This document shows, in pieces, positions 1 through 7,828 of a DNA stretch of 32,000 nt. This DNA comes from an uncultured archaeon (lineage in GTDB: Archaea > Altiarchaeota > Altiarchaeia > IMC4 > CAZEGI01), in assembly GCA_964512105.1 (NCBI GenBank), contig CAZEGI010000012.1, positions 1-32,000 of the forward strand, given 5' to 3'. Both the position numbers and the translations under genes were made by a program. Below the pieces are notes generated by a model that saw only the letters and a program-made list of their open reading frames with translations, made no database searches and had not been told where the DNA came from. Position 1 is the stretch's first letter, and the number at the start of each line of letters is the position of its first letter.

Positions 1-105
1 GTTCCCCCTCCCCACACCTCACCCCTTCCCAAAAAGCAGAGTATGACGCCATTTAACGATGTTATTTTATACTGATGTTTATAGTGTAAATGATGGCATG
101 ACGTG

Positions 106-1479
106 ATGAAAGCATTAAACCTAATGGTATTTCTTGCAGTTCTATTATCATCGATAACGTCAGCAGAGTTCATCAGTTATGACTCTGAGCACCCCATAAC
201 TGCCTCCGGACAACAACTTGGTTACATAAAACCCTACAGAGAAAGCTCAATCCTCGGAACATACACATACCTCAAATGGAAACGCTCAGGATATCCAGAA
301 GGTAACACCTATCCTATTCCAATCTACGAAGAAGAAAACCTACCACTTCCATTTGGCTTGGCTAACGTTTACCTTAAGGTTGACATCAACTCCATAACCT
401 CATCTGGCGTAGACATAGAAATTGACACCAGCGAAATCATACCAAACACAACAGTCACAATTCCCGAGGTGACTATCCCTGACATCACCATCCCCGAAGT
501 CACAATACCCAAAATAACAGTTCCTCAAACAACCGTATTGAACATCGATGACTTAGAAAGCCAGTTGACATCGAAGATAAACAAGGCCCTGAATAGGGAC
601 TATCACGCTTCGCTCCACCTGTGGGGCAGCAGAGCAATGCAGGCAGATTACGACGTCAGCAAAGGTATAGAAGACCACGAAACCAAACTTGCAGAAAGCG
701 CAACAGACTCTTTGGTACCATTAATAGCAGCGAACATACCAGGTGCTCAACCCCTGGTAGAAGTTTACTGCAGGTCAAAAAGTACAATACCCTCCTCTAT
801 CAGAAATTCAATCACTGGCTACATGCTGAACATAGATACGTCAACCGACAGTGAACATCCATCTGACTCATCCTTAGCAAATAGTGCTGCTTTCACGATA
901 TATGTCGGTGGTCCAGCAGTGAACTCGCTTTCAGACCAGCTAAACCAATACTTGAAGCAGCAAAATCTTCCTCATTTCGAGAAAACGAACATGGGATGGG
1001 TTCTGTCTGGCAGACAGGAATACACAGATGGTGATGTTGGGATAATCGCTGCAATACCTGAGGAGCGACAGTGGGACTCAGACACACTTTCAAGCAGATG
1101 GAATAGCGATAAAATACGATATTATCGAGTTCTTATCGCGGGGATGGAGAAGGAAGGGACCGTTGCAGCAGGCAACTGGTACAACGACCAGCTCGATTTG
1201 GCAATAAATTACCTTTCAGTACTAAGCGACTCCACCTGCGGAACGCAGTCCAAAAACATCCTGAAATCGATAAACACGTTAGTAGAGAACTCAGACAGCA
1301 TGTACTCTGTTGCAGCACTGCTTCAGGGATGGACTCTCGCATCGCAGAATAGTGCTAAATCATCGGACTTCAGCAAGGCAGACTCGTTGGGATATGTGGT
1401 CATTGTGAAGAGAGATGGAAAAGCTTATAAGGTATTGGAGGAGTATAGTTTGGCGGGAGATAATGTAGGTGAGGTTTGA
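106..1479 (+). CDS. Secreted surface protein carrying an S-layer-type VGGPAVN module
   Basis: ORF 103..1479 (GTG103 or ATG106). Signal peptide MKALNLMVFLAVLLSSITSAEF. The motifs FTIYVGGPAVNSLSDQL and VLIAGMEKEGTVAAGNWY parallel LVIVGGPAVNGLTT and LIVAGWTAADTVDAGNAL at the C-terminus of the 891-aa ORF 13922..16597. Confidence 0.6.
   Translation: MKALNLMVFLAVLLSSITSAEFISYDSEHPITASGQQLGYIKPYRESSILGTYTYLKWKRSGYPEGNTYPIPIYEEENLPLPFGLANVYLKVDINSITSSGVDIEIDTSEIIPNTTVTIPEVTIPDITIPEVTIPKITVPQTTVLNIDDLESQLTSKINKALNRDYHASLHLWGSRAMQADYDVSKGIEDHETKLAESATDSLVPLIAANIPGAQPLVEVYCRSKSTIPSSIRNSITGYMLNIDTSTDSEHPSDSSLANSAAFTIYVGGPAVNSLSDQLNQYLKQQNLPHFEKTNMGWVLSGRQEYTDGDVGIIAAIPEERQWDSDTLSSRWNSDKIRYYRVLIAGMEKEGTVAAGNWYNDQLDLAINYLSVLSDSTCGTQSKNILKSINTLVENSDSMYSVAALLQGWTLASQNSAKSSDFSKADSLGYVVIVKRDGKAYKVLEEYSLAGDNVGEV
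454..528 (+). repeat. Five tandem 15-nt units encoding (V/I)T(I/V)P(E/D/K/Q) pentapeptides inside CDS 106..1479
   Basis: Read directly from the translation: VTIPE VTIPD ITIPE VTIPK ITVPQ. Confidence 0.8.
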
Positions 1480-1480
1480 A

Positions 1481-1606
1481 ATGGGGGAGAAAAAGAAGAG
1501 AAGGTGGATGTGGATATTGCTGTTTACCATACTAGGTGCAATTTGGGGATTGATTGTTGGACTTCCATCTATCCTCGGTGAATGTAGAATTGGTATCAAG
1601 CAATAA
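1481..1606 (+). CDS. 41-aa signal-peptide-only ORF, probably the displaced N-terminus of the downstream adhesin-like gene
   Basis: ATG1481 lies one nt after the TGA of the previous gene. It encodes MGEKKKRRWMWILLFTILGAIWGLIVGLPSILGECRIGIKQ and stops at TAA 1604-1606. It overlaps by 19 nt the frame of the next gene, which is open from 1588. Confidence 0.45.
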   Translation: MGEKKKRRWMWILLFTILGAIWGLIVGLPSILGECRIGIKQ

Positions 1607-4365
1607 CCAATCAGATATGGTTAAATGTAGATAGTACACCAGACACGGATGGTGATGGGCTTTGTAATAGTGAAGACCCAGACGACGACAATGATGGTAC
1701 ACTAGATATATACGATTGTAATTCAACTGATCCGAACATAAAGGAGGGTTCGATTTCTGGTTCGCAGATATGTTGTGGTGGTCAGTGGCAGTGTGATAGT
1801 GGGCGGTCTTCGGAATGCTATGGAAACATGACCTGTACAAATCATGCTGTTGCTAATTGTTCAGGTAAAGTTGCATTGACTAATTGTAATACTCCATGCA
1901 GATTATGTGGCTACGACAGTAAGTGTTCTTATACATATAACGATTTTATAGATGATGAGTGGTCACCCGGACTTTGTACTACGCAATCGGTATGCTACCA
2001 GGGTTCATGTGTGACAGACACCGATGATGATGGTTATCCAGATAGTGTGGATAAAGATGACGATGATGATGGGATTTGCGACTACGGATTGAGCGGTTCT
2101 AATGATACATGCAGCGGACGGGAGGAGTCCAGCAGCTGCGATACGAAAGCGGATTGTGATGGCGATGGAAGTTCAGATCAGTATGACTGCTGGGACACAG
2201 ACAACACGAAAAAGGAGGGGACAATATCTGGGACTCAGATATGCTGTAATGGGGCACTGAAGTGTACTCCTGGTAGGTCAAGTGAGTGCTATGTAAGTAG
2301 TCTAATGACCTGTACAAATCATGCTGAAAATTGTGCAGAATATGGTACTCAAATCAATTGTAATACTGCATGCAGAACATGTGGTTCTGATAGAAAGTGC
2401 TCAAATTATACCGCAAACGGTTATGATGACTTAACTTCTCCGGGCCTTTGTACTACACAATCCGTGTGCTGGAATGGTAACTGCACGTCAGACGAGGATG
2501 ATGATGGAATTCCGGATCTCCTTGATTTGACAGTTACTCTGAATTCGCCTGTGAATGATACTTGGGACACTGATGGGAACGTTACATTTAACTTTACTGT
2601 TACGAGCATGGTTTCTTCGGTATTCAACTGCTCGCTTCGCATTGATGGTATAGTGAACAAAACCACCAATGGAGTGAGCAACAACACCCCGACGGTGTTT
2701 GCTGTTAACAACATTAATGAGGGAAGTCATGTTTGGAACGTGAACTGTAGTGATAGCTCAGGGAATTGGGATGTTGACGTAAATAGGATTATTAAGGTAG
2801 ATGTTAGAGCACCTGGTTTAATGCTGTCCGCTCCTGGGAATAACACATGGTATAATTCGAATACGGTTATCTTTAATTTTACCACCGTTGATACCATAGA
2901 CAATAGCATGTTTTGTATGTTGTATGTGGATAATATGTCCTCTGGTAGTGGGTCTTATTCAAATGGTACAATGAGTTCGATTACCAAAAGCGGGGTTTCA
3001 GACGGTAACCATACGTGGTGGGTTAATTGCAGTGATGACGCAGGAAATTCTAATCGTAGTGAAACACGACTTGTTAAGGTAGACGCAATTGCACCCCAGA
3101 TAGTGTTAAATTTCCCTGCTAATAACAGTTGGGACACAGATGCGACAGTCGATTTCAACTTCACGGTTTCTGACAACATAGATTTGGACATAAACTGCAG
3201 CTTTTACCTGGATGGGCATGTAAATCAGACGTTAAATATTTCAAATTCGAGCACTACTGTGTTAACACGTGAAAATCTTTCTGAGGGGAACCATACATGG
3301 TACGCTGTATGCAGAGATGACGCAACGAATACAAGAACATCTGAAACGAGGATTATCAAGGTCGACACAATACCTCCGAACAGGGTAACGAATTTCAATA
3401 CCCTCCCCAATGATAATGGCAGTATAACACTGACTTGGAACCTGTCAAATTCGACTGATGTCTGGCTCTACCGGGTGTATACATCCAATAGCTGGGAATT
3501 TAATTACACTAATCCAACTAACATCAGCAATAGTGCTACTTCCTGGTTGGACAGCAATGCAAGTTCATACAGCACAAGATATTATAATATTCGTGCATTG
3601 GATTACGCAAGTAACCAAGAAAATAATACCCTGCGGGTAGGGAAGGTAGGGACAGAGCAACTCGCCTATGGCTGGCGTCTTATTTCAACTACACACACAG
3701 ATGCAGAAAGCATGGTAGGGAACATCTCGAACTGCACATCTTTGGCAAAGTATGTCAACTCAGAGAATTTGTCCGGGTTCCAAGTGCACAGAAAAAACAC
3801 ACCAGCGTTTAATTTCAACACAACGCCAAGCGAGGGGTATTACCTCTATTGTCAATCCAACAGAAGTTTCACAGCGATCGGGGGGGATGTTCCGAGCAGG
3901 GAGATAACACTGCATAACGGGTGGAACCTCATTGGGTGGGCGTCTGTTTTCAATACTACTGCACAGTGGCTGGTTGACAATATAACAAATGCCGTGGCAG
4001 TTGGACAATTTGTACAAAACACGACTAACTCGTTTGAGAAGCAAAACAAACTATTCAATCCTAAGGATTACGATATAACTGCATTGTCTACTGGAGGTTC
4101 AAACACATCAAGTGTTTTTGAAGTGCATGTTGATAACTCACCTTTAAACAATTTCACAATATCAGCAGGAAAAGGCTATTTTGTTTACGTCCTGGGTAAC
4201 TCGACGTGGTCTGTTGGTATCCCTATTAGTGTTAATGGAAACGTGTCAAAGGAAAATGAGATGACAACACCCTCTATGGGGGAAGACATATATCCCTCTT
4301 CCAGCGTTGTGAATATCCCACTGCATAACGGGTGGAATTTAATTTCCTTGCCAGTAAGCGTGTAG
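1588..4365 (+). CDS. Large Cys/Asn-rich secreted adhesin-like glycoprotein; coding frame extends upstream of the listed ATG1828
   Basis: My translation of the frame upstream of 1828 gives DTDGDGLCNSEDPDDDNDGTLDIYDCNSTDPNIKEGSISGSQICCGGQWQCDSGRSSECYGN. This is homologous to the internal DCWDTDNTKKEGTISGTQICCNGALKCTPGRSSECY module. TSP3-like loops are present (DTDDDGYPDSVDKDDDDDG, DEDDDGIPD). Three ~95-aa Ig-like repeats each carry FNFT ... EG(N/S)H(T/V)W ... KVD. An FN3-like segment reads PPNRVTNFN..GSITLTWN. I counted about 30 or more N-X-S/T sequons by eye. Confidence 0.7.
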   Translation, partial: NWYQAITNQIWLNVDSTPDTDGDGLCNSEDPDDDNDGTLDIYDCNSTDPNIKEGSISGSQICCGGQWQCDSGRSSECYGNMTCTNHAVANCSGKVALTNCNTPCRLCGYDSKCSYTYNDFIDDEWSPGLCTTQSVCYQGSCVTDTDDDGYPDSVDKDDDDDGICDYGLSGSNDTCSGREESSSCDTKADCDGDGSSDQYDCWDTDNTKKEGTISGTQICCNGALKCTPGRSSECYVSSLMTCTNHAENCAEYGTQINCNTACRTCGSDRKCSNYTANGYDDLTSPGLCTTQSVCWNGNCTSDEDDDGIPDLLDLTVTLNSPVNDTWDTDGNVTFNFTVTSMVSSVFNCSLRIDGIVNKTTNGVSNNTPTVFAVNNINEGSHVWNVNCSDSSGNWDVDVNRIIKVDVRAPGLMLSAPGNNTWYNSNTVIFNFTTVDTIDNSMFCMLYVDNMSSGSGSYSNGTMSSITKSGVSDGNHTWWVNCSDDAGNSNRSETRLVKVDAIAPQIVLNFPANNSWDTDATVDFNFTVSDNIDLDINCSFYLDGHVNQTLNISNSSTTVLTRENLSEGNHTWYAVCRDDATNTRTSETRIIKVDTIPPNRVTNFNTLPNDNGSITLTWNLSNSTDVWLYRVYTSNSWEFNYTNPTNISNSATSWLDSNASSYSTRYYNIRALDYASNQENNTLRVGKVGTEQLAYGWRLISTTHTDAESMVGNISNCTSLAKYVNSENLSGFQVHRKNTPAFNFNTTPSEGYYLYCQSNRSFTAIGGDVPSREITLHNGWNLIGWASVFNTTAQWLVDNITNAVAVGQFVQNTTNSFEKQNKLFNPKDYDITALSTGGSNTSSVFEVHVDNSPLNNFTISAGKGYFVYVLGNSTWSVGIPISVNGNVSKENEMTTPSMGEDIYPSSSVVNIPLHNGWNLISLPVSV

Positions 4366-4366
4366 A

Positions 4367-5848
4367 ATGATTAACCAAAAAAACCTAATGTCTATTGGAT
4401 TTACATTGATAGTAATAGTACTGATTTTCTATAGCGGACCGACATCAGCCATAACATTGTTGATGAGTTCTGGTGGACCTTATCTTGTTGGAAGGATAAC
4501 GTCATTCACTGCTTCGATAAGCATAGACAACAGCGAAATAGTGCCTATAACTTCCGTAGCATTGATTATAACAAAGCCTGATGGTGGAACGATAAACTGC
4601 TCATTGCCTTACACCAATACCACAACACAGAATGTTTCGTGCACTGGAAACCAAAACATCACAGTGACTGCAATTCCGGAAAGCACCTGGCAGTATGGGT
4701 ACGGGTATGCATACAGCTATGGTTACATGTATGGTTATGCTTACGACAATGCTGCAAGTTATGCGTACTACTGGGATTACGGAACGCAGGGCTGGGGTGG
4801 CTATGGTTACGGTTACCTGTACGGTTATTCTTACGATTACCAATACGGCTATTACACCAATGGTTATGCTACTGCATTAGGCGGGGTTCCAACGCAGTTG
4901 AATTACAGTATTAGCTGGCGCATTCCATCCGATTACAATCCCGGAGTTTATTCGAGTAAGATTGTAGTATATGCGGAGAACTCTGTAACATTCAGTAGCA
5001 CTCAGAGTGATTTTACGGTAAGTCCATTGGGGCCAAGCCAACCATATCCGACATACGGGTATGTGAATTACACCGACCACACGCACCCTTCGAGCTTGTC
5101 AATAACGCTAACCAACCTCAACACAACAGACACACTCAACTTAGGTTCTCTGGGTTGCACATATGATAACGCTACTGGTTATTTCCAGATGGAGTTATCG
5201 AGCTTGGCTTCTGGTTATCTTAACGGCGATTATGTCAGCGTTGTTGTTAACGACAGCTTCGGAGTAATAAACAGCAAGACAGGTGTTGTTAACACGTCCG
5301 TAGACTCGCTGAACTTAGGGACGTTCATCCTCAATATTACTGTGTTCCCAGCGACCATCAACATAACTGAATTCATGCCAAATCCAGTTGGAGCAGACAA
5401 TGCTTCAATGCCGGCTGGCGAGTGGGTTGAGCTATACAATTCTGGCAATTCTAACGTTTCTCTGCAGGGATGGAAGCTAATGGGCAGTATGCTAAACATA
5501 ACTGCTAGCAACACCAACAGACAAAGCGTTATAATCCCTGCGAGGAGTTACATTGTTGTATACAGGAATGGTGATCCGAACTTTGAGTTGGACAATACTG
5601 CAGGTTATCTCGGGTTGAGGAATTCAACAGGATTTACAGTGGATAACATAGGGCCAGATAAGTACAATGCAAGCTACTTCAACAGCACTTGGACTGCGTT
5701 TCCGGAAGGTTTCTCAGTTGGCAGAAACGAGAGTGGTTCATGGAATGTTTTCAGCAGACCGACACCAGGAATGGCGAATTGGGCGTTGACTTCGAATATC
5801 ACATTGAGAGCGGGGTGGAACCTGATGAGTTTACCGTTGGCGATTTAA
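4367..5848 (+). CDS. Surface protein with a Tyr/Gly-rich low-complexity segment and a lamin-tail-domain (LTD)-like region
   Basis: ATG lies 1 nt after the stop of the previous gene. N-terminal hydrophobic anchor/signal LMSIGFTLIVIVLIFYSGPTSA. YG-rich stretch WQYGYGYAYSYGYMYGYAY...GYGYGYLYGYSYDYQYGYY. LTD-like ITEFMPNPVGADNASMPAGEWVELYNSGNSNVSLQGWKL. C-terminal LRAGWNLMSLPLAI. Confidence 0.65.
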   Translation: MINQKNLMSIGFTLIVIVLIFYSGPTSAITLLMSSGGPYLVGRITSFTASISIDNSEIVPITSVALIITKPDGGTINCSLPYTNTTTQNVSCTGNQNITVTAIPESTWQYGYGYAYSYGYMYGYAYDNAASYAYYWDYGTQGWGGYGYGYLYGYSYDYQYGYYTNGYATALGGVPTQLNYSISWRIPSDYNPGVYSSKIVVYAENSVTFSSTQSDFTVSPLGPSQPYPTYGYVNYTDHTHPSSLSITLTNLNTTDTLNLGSLGCTYDNATGYFQMELSSLASGYLNGDYVSVVVNDSFGVINSKTGVVNTSVDSLNLGTFILNITVFPATINITEFMPNPVGADNASMPAGEWVELYNSGNSNVSLQGWKLMGSMLNITASNTNRQSVIIPARSYIVVYRNGDPNFELDNTAGYLGLRNSTGFTVDNIGPDKYNASYFNSTWTAFPEGFSVGRNESGSWNVFSRPTPGMANWALTSNITLRAGWNLMSLPLAI

Positions 5849-5893
5849 CTAAAATCATTTAAATATTAATATTCCCTTACAAATATGTAAGTA

Positions 5894-6793
5894 ATGGAGA
5901 TGAAAACCGTTAGTCTTCCATCTTATTGGGGTATACTATGTGTTTTGTACTATGCTCCAAACCGAGAGATTAGGGCTAGGACGGTTCTGAGTAAATTATT
6001 AGCTCGCTTCCAAATGGAGGGGTTACCTATCGATTGGAAGTTCCAAAAGCAACAGTTGGGTTCTTTTACCCCTAGGTTCTATGACCATGAACGATATTTA
6101 CTTGAAAACGATTTAATTGGTCGTGAGGACATATCCATGCCTAGGATGATTCAGAGTAGCTATACATTGACGGAAAAAGGGGAAAAGCTTTTCGAAGAGA
6201 AAATCTTACCATTTCTTAAGAGTAACAAATTCTTCGATGAGAAATGCATTGTAGCGCTAGCTGAAAAGTACAGTAAGAAGACGGCAACACAAGCTAAAAA
6301 TGATGAGCACAAACTCCTTATGTTGGATGACTGTGATAGGGCGGAGCTGAAAAAGAGATGTAAGGAAACTTTTAACAATCTGACCAAACTTTACAGCATC
6401 TACTCAGAGCAACCACCCGACGACTACAAGACATACGAACTAGCTGGGATGATACAGTACACATATTGCATACTCAATGTAATTATTACTGATTATCTAA
6501 ACGATGAACAAGACAACAAATTGATTTTAAACAATCTAGAGTACATGGGGTACTACTACGAAATCTACTTAGCCCAAAAATTCTTGGAACATGCAGATAA
6601 GATTACTCTCAAATTCAAAAAGAACGGAAAAATATCTGACGAGTGCTTCGATAAAATAAAGATGAAGTATGAGACTATTAGAGATATTGCAATACATTAT
6701 CTTATAGTGCCCTCTCTTGATTCAGAAAAATTCGATTTTAAAATCTTTTTCCCCGAGGGTGACCAAAAATTGTTACAAAATATCCTAGCATAA
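5894..6793 (+). CDS. Hypothetical protein, possibly with an N-terminal winged helix
   Basis: 299-aa ORF with protein-like composition. The N-terminus (YWGILCVLYYAPNREIRARTVLSKLL ... SSYTLTEKGEKLFEE) resembles a PadR/MarR-type wHTH with a wing. I do not recognise the C-terminal helical part. Confidence 0.5.
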   Translation: MEMKTVSLPSYWGILCVLYYAPNREIRARTVLSKLLARFQMEGLPIDWKFQKQQLGSFTPRFYDHERYLLENDLIGREDISMPRMIQSSYTLTEKGEKLFEEKILPFLKSNKFFDEKCIVALAEKYSKKTATQAKNDEHKLLMLDDCDRAELKKRCKETFNNLTKLYSIYSEQPPDDYKTYELAGMIQYTYCILNVIITDYLNDEQDNKLILNNLEYMGYYYEIYLAQKFLEHADKITLKFKKNGKISDECFDKIKMKYETIRDIAIHYLIVPSLDSEKFDFKIFFPEGDQKLLQNILA

Positions 6794-6825
6794 ACTCCGT
6801 AGTAGTTGTTGACAATACTTCCTGC

Positions 6826-7410
6826 TTGAACTTCTGCAAGGATATTTCTCTTCCTGCATTAAATGTGAAACATACTCATAGGAATAAGAAGCAGATAGAA
6901 AGATTCTTTAAGTACGCTAAGAGTATTGGATGTCGTTGCATCTACTTCACACCAGTCGATAGAAGCGAAGAGAACCTCTTTAAAAATCGTGTCAACCAGA
7001 GAGTACAAGAATTCCTCATCGAAAACAAATTAGACGCTCTTGTAAAAATCCATTCAATGATGTTAAAAGTGCTCGAGCAAATTGAAGAACACGAGGGAGA
7101 ACTTGCAGATTATATTGAGGAACTCCCCCGCAAAGTTGATCATAAAACCTTAGAAGGCGTCAAAAAATTTTTCGAGAGAGTAAAGAAGCCCCTTGGTAAC
7201 AAACCAGACGGGACTCAAGTTAACCCCATCCCTGAAGAGGAGGATATGGTTGTATTATCTAGAGCAATCTCTCTAGACCAATACTCTGAGCGATTTATTC
7301 TCTCGGGTGATAGACACTTTACAGAATACTCAGAGGAGATAGTGAACGAGTACAACATCCATATAATCAACGAGAACAAACTGAGTGAATATTTATCCCC
7401 TATCTGCTAA
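6826..7410 (+). CDS. PIN-like nuclease-domain protein (frame open from 6763, start codon uncertain)
   Basis: The listed start is TTG6826. The same frame is open from 6763 and encodes SVVVVDNTSCLNF, which looks like PIN strand beta1 with its catalytic Asp. Further PIN-like elements are IYFTPVDRSEE and EEEDMVVLSRAISL...RFILSGDRHF. Confidence 0.45.
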   Translation: MNFCKDISLPALNVKHTHRNKKQIERFFKYAKSIGCRCIYFTPVDRSEENLFKNRVNQRVQEFLIENKLDALVKIHSMMLKVLEQIEEHEGELADYIEELPRKVDHKTLEGVKKFFERVKKPLGNKPDGTQVNPIPEEEDMVVLSRAISLDQYSERFILSGDRHFTEYSEEIVNEYNIHIINENKLSEYLSPIC

Positions 7411-7438
7411 CTGTCTGATGCCAGTAACATTCATAGTT

Positions 7439-7534
7439 TAGTGCTCTAGCACTATAAAACAGGAAAAAGGGTTCCCTTTTTGAACTATCTGATTTTTATA
7501 CTATCAGCACTAATAATTAACACTATTAGCACTA
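7439..7534. promoter_or_regulatory. Cluster of AGCACTA heptamers (one inverted pair plus two direct copies) with TATA-like boxes upstream of the AbrB-like gene
   Basis: TAGTGCT-CT-AGCACTA at 7439-7454. AGCACTA again at 7506-7512 and 7528-7534. TATAAAA at 7453-7459 and TTTTTATA at 7493-7500. Hairpin AAAAGGG-TT-CCCTTTT lies nearby. Confidence 0.4.
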
Positions 7535-7542
7535 CATTAACG

Positions 7543-7773
7543 ATGACACAAAAACCTAGGGAAAACCCCCCTCGAGAAGGTAAAAAAAGACAAAGAAGGG
7601 TTATCAAAGTAACTAAGATAACATGTTCCAGAAGGCCTGATGGAGGCGTCCAGTACAAAACCACAGTCCCTTCGTGGGTTGTTGAGAAATTTCTTGGTGC
7701 TAAAATCGGTGATAGCATAGAATGGGACTTCTTCAAAGGTAACGTGATAATCCGGTTAGTTGAACCAGAATGA
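7543..7773 (+). CDS. AbrB/SpoVT-type (swapped-hairpin) DNA-binding protein, antitoxin-like
   Basis: I prefer the internal ATG7543 (MTQKPRENPP...) over the listed TTG7480. The C-terminal YKTTVPSWVVEKFLGAKIGDSIEWDFFKGNVIIRLV matches the 'vtIPkevreklglk.GD.vew' pattern of AbrB/MazE folds. Confidence 0.5.
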   Translation: MTQKPRENPPREGKKRQRRVIKVTKITCSRRPDGGVQYKTTVPSWVVEKFLGAKIGDSIEWDFFKGNVIIRLVEPE

Positions 7774-7828
7774 CGGATGGTGAAGTATTTAAATTCGGAT
7801 TTCCAAAATATAATTCGGAAAACCAAAA

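Noticed and set aside
1-75. C-rich tract GTTCCCCCTCCCCACACCTCACCCCTTCCC (a possible G-quadruplex on the minus strand), or the Pro-rich tail of an upstream gene ending at TGA 73-75
   Set aside because: It is cut by the window edge. It is too short to decide between a coding tail and a structural element, so no claim can be supported.
4601-4914. Alternative-frame and antisense ORFs over the YG-rich region (4601-4843 on the minus strand, 4639-4914 and 4695-4880 on the plus strand)
   Set aside because: They are by-products of the TAT/GGT-repetitive DNA. The main frame is continuous with flanking recognisable domains.
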